A stretch of DNA of 64,000 nt from Candidatus Saccharimonadota bacterium. Lineage in GTDB: Bacteria; Patescibacteriota; Saccharimonadia; Saccharimonadales; JAXHNE01. Below, piece after piece: positions 54,339 through 62,865 of the stretch. The notes beneath the pieces are model-generated. The model had not been told where the DNA came from. It saw only the letters and a list, made by a program, of their open reading frames with translations, and ran no database searches. Location of the stretch: the NCBI GenBank assembly GCA_034520885.1, contig JAXHNE010000008.1:100-64099 (forward strand). The letters are read 5' to 3'. Position 1 is the stretch's first letter. Every line of letters starts with the position of its first letter. A program made the position numbers and the translations under genes.

Positions 54339-54362
54339 TGTTATATAACTAGTTATATAACA
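54339..54362. promoter_or_regulatory. 24-bp double palindrome TGTTATATAACTAGTTATATAACA (family copy 3 of 4), candidate operator/-10 region of the AbrB-like gene
   Basis: A perfect palindrome that overlaps TATAAC -10-like hexamers on both strands. Confidence 0.5.
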
Positions 54363-54380
54363 CCATGGTAGCAAAGATGT

Positions 54381-54602
54381 TTAGCTCGCGGGGTTTTCTC
54401 TCTCAAGCAGTGTGCCTTTGTTGTTGAATACGAATATTTCAGATTTGTGTTTAGAGGCGTCTTTGCGAGCCGAAGCGAGAGCTTCGTTCTTTGTATTAAA
54501 AAGCTTATTGGGATTAGTCTTAACATCGGCTTTGCGTACATACCAGCCCTTGCCGTTATGTGAATCGAGATGATTCATGTATACGGTATTTTTCGGGTCC
54601 AT
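54381..54602 (-). CDS. DUF2188-like small protein
   Basis: From the internal ATG: MDPKNTVYMNHLDSHNGKGWYVRKA...FNTKNEALASARKDA...IFVFNNKGTL. Confidence 0.55.
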   Translation of the reverse strand: MDPKNTVYMNHLDSHNGKGWYVRKADVKTNPNKLFNTKNEALASARKDASKHKSEIFVFNNKGTLLERENPAS

Positions 54603-54726
54603 CCTGCCTTCAAGCCGGCTAGTTATGGCAAATACGTAAAGGTTCAAGCTAGTTAAGTCGTCGCGCAAGTTGACAGCACACTTTGGAATGCTACTATAAG
54701 CTTAAGCTAAATAACGTAAAGCAAAT

Positions 54727-56187
54727 ATGGCCAAGAAGAAAACAAGTAAAAAAACCAAAGCTAAAAGGAGCAAAACCGTGGCTAAATCACGTGCTAAAAA
54801 AGTAAATCGTTCCAATCGTTCCAAACAAAAAAAGCAGAGCCTCCCCCAGAAATTTATGAACTTGCCCAAGGTCGCATTATTTGTCATTGCCTTCGGTCTC
54901 GTTGGCTTAGCAGGCCTAGCCTACACAAACGCGCAGCCAGACTACAACATGGCCCACATGCATTTAGACAAGGTAAATTCAATTAACGCCGCAAAAGTCA
55001 AAGAAACCGAAGGCAATAAACGTAACGCTCAAGTGGTAGAGGTGCCAAACTCGGCGACTTCTTCCAATTCGAAGGCTACCTTTTCAAGAGACGTGCCCAC
55101 GGGAAGCTGGCAAGCTTGCGCCATCGGCAAAGCCACCAAGGGGTCGCCCAGTGTCACGCTTCGTGGGCGGGAGTGGACTTCCCAGCATCAAAACGGCATA
55201 GACTTGGCTAAAACTACTTTTACGCTGGAACAATCCTCGGACTATCAAGAAATCGGCTGCATCACCGTTGATCACACCAATAGCTCTACTCTGGCCTTCT
55301 ACGTTGAAAATAACAGCCCTGACACTTCTTTGCGCGTTAGCATTATCGTGGTTAGCAAAGTCAATGACATTCCGGCTAGCGAAGTCAGTGTCTCGACCTC
55401 TTCAGCGAGTGAAAACGGCGAATTGACGTGGGCTCCACCACAACTGGATAATCCAACTACTATTGATCTCAACACCGAAAACTGGACAGTTAAACTCGAT
55501 GACAGCAAAGACTACATCCTTAACATGCCAGACGAGCCAGTCACTAGGGCGCTTGTCATTGTCGGTGGGCGCGATGTAGTGATGGTTGGTGGCGAGATTG
55601 CTATACCGCACCAGGGTAGCGACCCATCTATCTCGTCACGTACCGGGCTCAAGCTCAAGAATCAAAAAGGCACCGTACACATCGAAGGTCTGTTGATCCA
55701 CGGCAAGGATATTTCTGAAGGTATTCAGATTGACGCCGATGACGCGATCGTTCAATTACAAAACCTACGTGTTTGGAACCTTCACGCCAGAGACCAAGAC
55801 GGCTTTACTGATAATCACCCTGATGTTGTTCAGCCCTACGGTGGCGCTCAGGAATTGCGTATCGACATGCTTACCGGTGAATCCGACTACCAGGGCATGT
55901 TTTTGGTTGCTAACGCCGGTTCTGGCCCTAACGAGCTTGGAGCCGTAAAACTATCACGGATTAACCTTCACGCTACACCGACGACTCGCTATATGCTCTG
56001 GAAGTCAGGCGATTACCCGGTTACTACTAACGAAGTGTACGTTGATCGTCCTGATGGGCGGACGTGGGATAAAACCTTGCGCTATGTCGAGGACTTCCCT
56101 GACGTCAAGGAAGGTCAGCCAGCAAATGGCGACTTCGTCCCCGAGACTGCGGTTGGCCTAAACTACGAGTCACCCGGCTACAAGTAA
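54727..56187 (+). CDS. Membrane-anchored/secreted large hypothetical protein (Lys-rich N-tail, TM, beta-rich ectodomain)
   Basis: Contains the TM segment VALFVIAFGLVGLAGLAY. An alternative start is at 54856. No confident domain. Confidence 0.6.
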   Translation: MAKKKTSKKTKAKRSKTVAKSRAKKVNRSNRSKQKKQSLPQKFMNLPKVALFVIAFGLVGLAGLAYTNAQPDYNMAHMHLDKVNSINAAKVKETEGNKRNAQVVEVPNSATSSNSKATFSRDVPTGSWQACAIGKATKGSPSVTLRGREWTSQHQNGIDLAKTTFTLEQSSDYQEIGCITVDHTNSSTLAFYVENNSPDTSLRVSIIVVSKVNDIPASEVSVSTSSASENGELTWAPPQLDNPTTIDLNTENWTVKLDDSKDYILNMPDEPVTRALVIVGGRDVVMVGGEIAIPHQGSDPSISSRTGLKLKNQKGTVHIEGLLIHGKDISEGIQIDADDAIVQLQNLRVWNLHARDQDGFTDNHPDVVQPYGGAQELRIDMLTGESDYQGMFLVANAGSGPNELGAVKLSRINLHATPTTRYMLWKSGDYPVTTNEVYVDRPDGRTWDKTLRYVEDFPDVKEGQPANGDFVPETAVGLNYESPGYK

Positions 56188-56205
56188 GCCGTAATCCAGT
56201 TAGTC

Positions 56206-56233
56206 GTAGCGCCCGGATTTTAACGGGCGCTAC
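56206..56233 (+). terminator. Hairpin terminator candidate (weak T-tract)
   Basis: 10-bp stem GTAGCGCCCG / CGGGCGCTAC followed by TTGATT. Confidence 0.4.
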
Positions 56234-56342
56234 TTGATTAAAAGTTATTGGAAGCCCCCAGGCCAAACCGGAATGGAGAGAACCAGGCCGGACGGCAAAT
56301 CGAATTTCGTAGTTACCTATATGCTAAAAGCCAGCCTTTTTA

Positions 56343-56452
56343 GTTTTTGTATTTTACGGATGTTTTCTTCGCCTAAGTCCTGTCTGCTCATCTTTACGCC
56401 TTTCTTTTGTTATATAACTAGTCATATAACACCATGGTAGCAAAGATGTTTT
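56343..56452 (-). pseudogene. 5' fragment (first 16 codons) of an AbrB-like gene with RBS, palindrome (56408-56431, one mismatch) and upstream flank
   Basis: MSRQDLGEENIRKIQK is identical to the N-terminus of the 54322 gene. The ~110-nt block parallels 54276-54383. Confidence 0.7.
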
Positions 56453-56810
56453 TCTCCTGTTTCGTTGCCCGCTTTCAGCGGGGCGTGACGACCACCTTTT
56501 TGAGTCGGCAAAAAGGTGGGTAAAAAACCGACCCATGCGGCTTTGTCTTGATGGGCTCACCTGTCAAGCCTGACAACGGCCCTTGCGGAACTCCCGTTGG
56601 TCGGTCTCGCCGCTTTGTCTCATAGGAAGGCGGCTCAACTGGTCCTCGGGCGTTACTCGTTGTCAGTTTGACGTAGCTAGCCGGCGCAAAAACAAAAAGC
56701 AATATTTTTGAACAAGCCCTGAAGGCTACAAACCACGTTTCCTTCCGCAACGTATCTACGGATACGTCTTGTCAGGAGAACAAGATTTCTAGCTCATCAG
56801 AATCTTGGCT

Positions 56811-56874
56811 CAAAATTTATCACTTTGTCTTCACGCCGGCTATAGCCCTCAGGTAAAAGCCGAAATGGGAGTGC
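56811..56874. repeat. Direct repeat DR1 flanking the DUF218 gene
   Basis: CAAAATTTATCACTTTGTCTTCACGCCGGCTATAGCCCTCAGG...GCCGAAATGGGAGTGC. Confidence 0.7.
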
Positions 56875-57530
56875 TAAAGCAGATGCTTATCGTAGCCAGC
56901 TTCAACTAGTTTTTCGTAAGCCTGCCATACTTCGTCGGATATTTCCTGCTCAATTTGATAGCCTAGTTTAGGGTATTCTTTAATTCTTTGTAGGTCGCCT
57001 ACCATGATATTGATTGCAAAGTCAGCGTCGTGAGCCGGATCACTCAAGTAGTCCTCAAATGAAATATTTTGTGACGTTACTATAAATTCTGGCTGCGGGT
57101 TTGGCCACTGGGCTTTAAGCGTAGCAAAAGCGCGTCGTTGCATGTAAGGTTTCTGTGCCGCGATCAAGGAATTTATTTTTATACCATGTGATTTCACTAG
57201 CTCGTAGGAAAGTTTGATGTTTTCACCGGTGTTACTGGCTTTGTTTTCGACTAAAATGGCTTTGCTTGGTACTCCCTTTTGCTTGGCAATTTCAGCAAAA
57301 ACGTCTGCTTCAGGCCTTCCGTCAAAACCGCTCACTTCTTTGCCGACGCCCTCGTTGCCGCTGAATAGAATCCACGGAGCGTAGCCTTCTAAGAATAAAT
57401 CGCTTGCGTACTCCGCTACGCGCCGATCATGGCTGCCAAGTACCAAAATGAGGTCAACTTTCTTTAAATCATGATGTAGCTTGTGATAATCCCAAACGAT
57501 TTTAGCTGACTCAATCACTCCTGCGTTCAT
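56874..57530 (-). CDS. DUF218 / YdcF-family protein
   Basis: The LILVLGSHD...SGNEG...NTGEN pattern is characteristic of YdcF-like proteins. Confidence 0.8.
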   Translation of the reverse strand: MNAGVIESAKIVWDYHKLHHDLKKVDLILVLGSHDRRVAEYASDLFLEGYAPWILFSGNEGVGKEVSGFDGRPEADVFAEIAKQKGVPSKAILVENKASNTGENIKLSYELVKSHGIKINSLIAAQKPYMQRRAFATLKAQWPNPQPEFIVTSQNISFEDYLSDPAHDADFAINIMVGDLQRIKEYPKLGYQIEQEISDEVWQAYEKLVEAGYDKHLL

Positions 57531-57543
57531 AGACTAATACTAT

Positions 57544-57638
57544 CAAAATTTATCGTTTTGTCTTCGCACCGGCTATAGCCCTCAGGCGTGCCCGGTGAAC
57601 TTTGTTCTACTATCGGGAAAACCCGAAATGGGGTGCGC
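57544..57638. repeat. Direct repeat DR2 flanking the DUF218 gene (with 34-nt internal insertion)
   Basis: CAAAATTTATCGTTTTGTCTTCGCACCGGCTATAGCCCTCAGG[34 nt]ACCCGAAATGGGGTGCGC. Confidence 0.7.
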
Positions 57639-57798
57639 AGGGTCGGACCTTCCACACATAATTAGCTTGAAATGTAATTATTGGAACGGCTACCCCTGAC
57701 AAAAACCGCTTTTTACACACACTTTTTGACACTTAACCCAATCAGACCCTGCAAACCTAATTATTAAAGCTAAATCGCTACGCTGTCTTCACGAGTAG

Positions 57799-60621
57799 CT
57801 ATACGCCTTCGATGAAGGTTTCGATGAATTTGTTTAGCTTGGAGCTTATTCTTTCTACAATTGTTTTGCGCTTAAGCACGCTGGGCTGCTCGGCGAGCGT
57901 GTTGGCAATCTCATCTCCCCGCGGTTTGCGGCCGCTGTAGAGGTAGTTATCAATCAAACCCTGCAACTCCTCGCTCAAGACGCCTTCCTCGCGGCACATG
58001 GCTTCAAAAGCGGCAGCTTTTTCGTCGGTCCAAAAGCTTTCAAAGGTACCTTCTACATCGTCAGCATCAGAGATTTCGGGGATGTGTGATTCAATGAACT
58101 TTTCAATCAATTCGCGCTTGCTCCTGAGCGTTGCTTCGGAGTTGACAATATTTCGTATGCTCTTCTTGATGGATTCGGCTTGCTCCTCGTCAGCATCTAC
58201 TAATTTAGCCAGTAGGCGGATGATGTAGTCCACATTTATATCATCACGCCGGATGAGCTCCAGCTCAAAATCAACGTCTTCTAAAATCGACACCTTTTCC
58301 TTGGCTTGGTCGGATTTCACTTTATCGTAGATGTCCAGGTACTTACTCTTAAAATCTTCAAACGTCTGAGCATCAATAGCGGCATCTTCAAACGTAAAGT
58401 CGGTAAATGAGCGCAGTACGTTGCGCAGACGCATTACTTCACGAAAATGCTGCACAAACTCTAGTTGCTGATCTTCGCCAACTAGCTCGTCTACCCCGCT
58501 CGGGGTGGAGGCGAGATGTCGCATTTCCATGATTGCCTGGTTGAAGTTTTTCAGATAGGTCTCATACGGGTGCATAAAGATGGTTTCTTTAGCGTCTACA
58601 TTGCTAAATAGCTGAATGGCGTCGTCGGTATACTCTTTAAGATTACGAAACACGACGATATTTCCCTGGGATTTAGCGTCGCCCAAAATGCGATTAGTTC
58701 GCGAATAAGCCTGTAGCAACCCGTGATAACGCAGGTTTTTATCAACATAGAGTGTATTAAGCCTTGGGCTAAGCCGAAGCCTGGAGCATGTCCGCCGCTA
58801 CAGCAAAATATCGATCTCGTTATTTTTTACGCGCCGGGCAATATCGCGGTAGTAATGATAAAAGCTCTTGCTGTCTTTAGTGGTGTAGCTCGTGCCAAAC
58901 ATTTTGTTGTAGTCATTTATGTAGCTTTCTAGCCGGTCGCGACTATGTTTATCCAAGCTGCCGAGCGACAGTTGCGGGCCAGCGTCGTGCGCGAGCATTT
59001 CTGCTTTGTCGTCCTCGTTGGCGCTGTAGGTAAAAATTGTCGCGATTTTAAGCTTGCGATCTTTGTCAGCCTGTTTTTGTTTAAATAGCTCATAGTATTT
59101 GCACAACACATCTACGCTAGACACGGCAAAGATTGCGTTAAAGTCACGGGAGTGCGTTTTGCGATCATGGTTGGCCAAAATGTAATCAGTGATCTGCCCG
59201 AGTCGTTGTGGTGACTCCATTAATTCTTTGGTATCAAGAGCTTCTACTTCTATATCCTGTTCGTTTTTCGTATCTTTGCGTCTGTAGCGGCCAACATACT
59301 CCACGCTGAACTTCAGCACGTTTTCATCATTAATTGCATCGGTGATGACGTATTGGTGTAGGCGATCTCCAAATAAATCCTTGGTAGTCCGCTTGCCAAG
59401 TGCGTTGCCGGTGGCGTTATCGGCGAATATTGGTGTGCCGGTGAACCCAAACAGTTGTTTGTTATTAAAAAACTCTACAATTCGCTTGTGCGTTTCGCCA
59501 AACTGGCTGCGATGACATTCGTCAAAAATAAAGACGATCTTCTCATCTTTGTGCTCGTCCATCTTAAGCAAATGTTTTTGGTGCGTAATGGCGTTATTAA
59601 GCTTTTGGATGGTAGTAACGATCAGCTTGCTATCCGGATCGGCAAACTGCTTCACGAGCTGTTTGGTGTTGTCGGTAGTGTCCACGCTGTTTGCTTTGAA
59701 GTTATTGAACTCTTTGATTGTTTGCGTATCGAGGTCGTTTCGGTCTACCACGAACACAACTTTGTAAATATCCGGCAAGTCTACGAGAATTTGGCTGGCT
59801 TTAAAAGAGGTCAAAGTTTTGCCACTACCAGTTGTGTGCCAAATATAGCCGCCTTTGTTGCTGTGTTTTACGCGGTCTACCAGAGCTTCGACTGCGTAGT
59901 ATTGATACGGTCGCAGCGCCATCAGGGTTTTGGTTTCGGCTAGCACAATGTGCTTGGCAATCATTTTGCTAATGTGGCAGCGCTCTAGAAAACTTTCGGT
60001 AAATTCCGCAAGTTCGGTTATTTTGTGGTTGTCTTTGTCCGTCCAGTAGCTAGTGAACTTAAAGCCGGCTTTGCGGTTATTGGCGTAGTATTTGGTGTTT
60101 ACACCGTTACTAATTACAAATAGCTGGATGTACTGAAACAGCCCGTATGACGAATCGTAACTATGCTTTTGGTAGCGATGTGTCTGGTTAAAGGCTTCTT
60201 TTAATTCTAATCCCCGGCGTTTAAGCTCCACTTGCACCAGTGGTAAACCGTTTATCAGCAGCGTTACGTCGTAGCGGTTTTTGTAAGCCCCATGCATGGT
60301 GACTTGGCTAGTCACCTGGTATTGGTTTTGACACCATTCTTTTTGGTTAAAAAACTCTACATAAAAGTTCCCCTCATCACGCTTGAGCACGTATTTATCG
60401 CGCAGGGTCTGCGCTTTATCGAACACGTTACCTTTGCTCAGGTGATTGAGGATTTGCTGAAACTCTTTTTCGTTAAAGGTTGTTTGATTATGTTTTTCCA
60501 GCTGGGTTTTTAGGTTCGCGAGCAAATCTTTTTCTTCACGAATCGTTACACGTTCGTATTTCAAACCTTCAAGCTGCTTTATAAGGTTATTTTCTAGTGT
60601 TTGCTCGGATTGCGTGGTCAC
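57799..60621 (-). pseudogene. hsdR: Type I restriction enzyme R subunit HsdR, interrupted by in-frame TAG inside a scrambled motif V
   Basis: The N-terminal ORF has HTTGSGKT and FDECHRSQ. The C-terminal ORF starts at LQAYSRTNR (motif VI). Both ORFs are in the same frame, separated by a TAG at 58798-58800. Confidence 0.85.
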
Positions 60622-61262
60622 TTTGCGCCGATAATATCTTTAAATTTCTTTCCGATAGTAGTGATGCTAAGTTTTTCCATATCTTCTAGAGCTTTCTTTG
60701 CGTCATTCATATACTTGACTGGTGTGTAAGCAGCAAAATCTTCTTGTCGGCTCATGTACAATTTGTCAAATATTTCCATGCGTTGATTATAGTTTTTTAG
60801 CTGTGACTCTGTGTCCTGTTCGCCTGTATTGTCAAGGAAGTCCTTTGTTATTTCGGCAAACATCCTTTGTTTGTTGTACCTGATTTGTCTTATATCATCG
60901 TCAAATGATGCAGCACTTGCTTTTATTGACTCATCCAAGACTTTTGCGTTCTGATAAAAATCTGTGATTGTCTCCCATTCGTCTTTATCAAAGTTACTAG
61001 AGAATAAATGGCTGTATTTTGACCAAGAATCATCCCGAATTATATTCAGGTCAAGGTTGAGACTACCTCGCCTTGTTGCTTCTTTAAGCTTTGGGATACA
61101 GCTCTCAATGTGCTGAATTTCTAAGAAAATAGAATTTGCTGCAGCGACCTTCCGGTCATTCTTCTGACGTCTATAAATTAAGAACGCGAATAGCCCTACA
61201 ATAAACGTTACGAAAGTTTGTAGAAAGTTTGAATTTAGAAAATTTACGAAAATTTCCATCAT
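60618..61262 (-). CDS. Hypothetical 214-aa protein with N-terminal TM helix, embedded between hsdS and hsdR
   Basis: TM segment FLQTFVTFIVGLFAFLIY, then a helical soluble part. A GTGA overlap couples it to the hsdR start, and an ATGA overlap couples it to the upstream ORF. Confidence 0.6.
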   Translation of the reverse strand: MMEIFVNFLNSNFLQTFVTFIVGLFAFLIYRRQKNDRKVAAANSIFLEIQHIESCIPKLKEATRRGSLNLDLNIIRDDSWSKYSHLFSSNFDKDEWETITDFYQNAKVLDESIKASAASFDDDIRQIRYNKQRMFAEITKDFLDNTGEQDTESQLKNYNQRMEIFDKLYMSRQEDFAAYTPVKYMNDAKKALEDMEKLSITTIGKKFKDIIGAK

Positions 61263-61570
61263 TTACCGTCCTTGTTTTCAAACATGGATAGTTTATCAAT
61301 TGTTTTAATATCAAGTTTGTTAAGCATTTCCAGCATAGCGGACATTGATTCTACCTCGTCTTTTGTAGGTATTTTTTTGTTTTCTATTTCTGCAAGTTTT
61401 GATTTCATTGCTTCAATTAGCTTCATTGCTTGCTCAAATCTCTTCGCTAATTTTTCGTATTGTTCTTTGCTCGGCGAAGAGGGTGTGTCCAACATTTCAA
61501 GTGTTGCTTTTAGGCTTCCGTACTCTTCGTCTATTTTGCCGCTCTGTTTAAGGTCATCGTAATCACTCAT
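61259..61570 (-). CDS. Hypothetical 103-aa acidic/Lys-rich coiled-coil protein, embedded in the R-M operon
   Basis: It starts 20 nt after the hsdS stop. An ATGA overlap couples it to the 214-aa ORF. Confidence 0.55.
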   Translation of the reverse strand: MSDYDDLKQSGKIDEEYGSLKATLEMLDTPSSPSKEQYEKLAKRFEQAMKLIEAMKSKLAEIENKKIPTKDEVESMSAMLEMLNKLDIKTIDKLSMFENKDGK

Positions 61571-61590
61571 ATGAATCTCCTTTGCTTAAA

Positions 61591-62865
61591 TTATATAAAC
61601 ATCTGCTGGAGGAGGGATTTTTTGAATTTCTTGGCTTGTTCCAGCTTCTTCTCCTCTAATTCTATTTTAGCATCCAAGCTTTTTAAGAAGTCGGCGATTT
61701 TCTGCTGTTCTTCAAGTACTGGCATTTTAACCTTGGTATTCTTGGCTCCGTCAATTGTGTATGTGGCGACTGTGGTAATCGACGCATTATCAGCCATCTG
61801 TTTTTGTATAAACCGAGTTTGAAGCGCCTGGAAGAGAAACTTTGGATCTAACTTTTCCGATTTCCTAAACCACAAGACATTACCATCTTTGAAATAAAAC
61901 TTATCATCATTATCAACCAAATACGCCGATCCGATACTACCTACCCCAGTGACAAGCATATCTCCAGGCTTCGGTGTGCCATATTTTTTGGATAGCTCAT
62001 CGTATAGGTTTTCTGAAATAAATATAGGGGTTCTGAACGGCTTACCTTGTGCCAAATTGATGATCTCTCTAGTCCTATAGAAAGGCACACCTGATTGTTG
62101 CCAGTCTTTCTGTAGAACTCTTTTGCTAGATCCAATTTCCATTACCCCCCCTAGCTTTTTTTCTTGCCAGGCGGGTAAGGGTTTGCCGTTGTCGTCTTTG
62201 AAGCGAATTTCGGGCGTCTGTACTGAGCTTGTCGAAGGAAAGATTTTTTGCATGATGCCTTTTTTGTATTTTTTCAGCAGCTCCACCTTTTTATCAATCG
62301 CAGAAACCTTATCATCAACAGTAGATAAAAACCCCGCAATTTTCTCTTGTTCATCTTTGGTTGGAAGAGCAAATTTCATTCGCTTGAGGTGTGTAGGGCC
62401 AAAATGATGTAGCACTGCTCCTGTGCTCATAATCTTAGCTTGTCGTTGAAAGACCGGAGAGGTTAGTAGCTGTTTTAGATATTTTTTCTCAGAAATATTA
62501 GTTGGACGAAAGCGGATTATACCAGTGTAGGCAACGGAGCCAACAGTATCACTGTCGACTTCACTTACGTTGCCAAGCGTTCCGCTAGTCGTGACCAGCA
62601 TATCGCCAGTTTTCAGTCTGAAATGACTCCATTTTTCATCAACTTTACTTGGATCAAGATAGTTACACCCTTCAAGTGTAACTGATTGTCCAGAGAGTCC
62701 ACTTAATCTGATTAGTGGCACGCCGTCATCGTGAAAATCTTTTGCTAAAATTCCCGGTCCTTCTTGAAAATCAGCAATGTTTGGAAGCATTTCTTCTTCC
62801 CACTCTCCATTAAACCCCGGAAACCTCAGTTTTGGCACTTTTCTGGTTTTTGTATCAGCAGTCAT
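61591..62865 (-). CDS. hsdS: Type I restriction-modification specificity subunit HsdS (two target-recognition domains)
   Basis: N-terminus VPKLRFPGFNGEWEE. Each half ends in a conserved helical spacer: KKVELLKKYKKGIMQKIF and KKLEQAKKFKKSLLQQMF. Confidence 0.9.
   Translation of the reverse strand: MTADTKTRKVPKLRFPGFNGEWEEEMLPNIADFQEGPGILAKDFHDDGVPLIRLSGLSGQSVTLEGCNYLDPSKVDEKWSHFRLKTGDMLVTTSGTLGNVSEVDSDTVGSVAYTGIIRFRPTNISEKKYLKQLLTSPVFQRQAKIMSTGAVLHHFGPTHLKRMKFALPTKDEQEKIAGFLSTVDDKVSAIDKKVELLKKYKKGIMQKIFPSTSSVQTPEIRFKDDNGKPLPAWQEKKLGGVMEIGSSKRVLQKDWQQSGVPFYRTREIINLAQGKPFRTPIFISENLYDELSKKYGTPKPGDMLVTGVGSIGSAYLVDNDDKFYFKDGNVLWFRKSEKLDPKFLFQALQTRFIQKQMADNASITTVATYTIDGAKNTKVKMPVLEEQQKIADFLKSLDAKIELEEKKLEQAKKFKKSLLQQMFI

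Noticed and set aside
56793-56800. CUGAUGAG (hammerhead ribozyme core) on the - strand within the structured non-coding block.
   Set aside because: No stem II followed by GAAA, and no compatible stem I/III or cleavage triplet could be drawn. An isolated 8-mer match is expected by chance.
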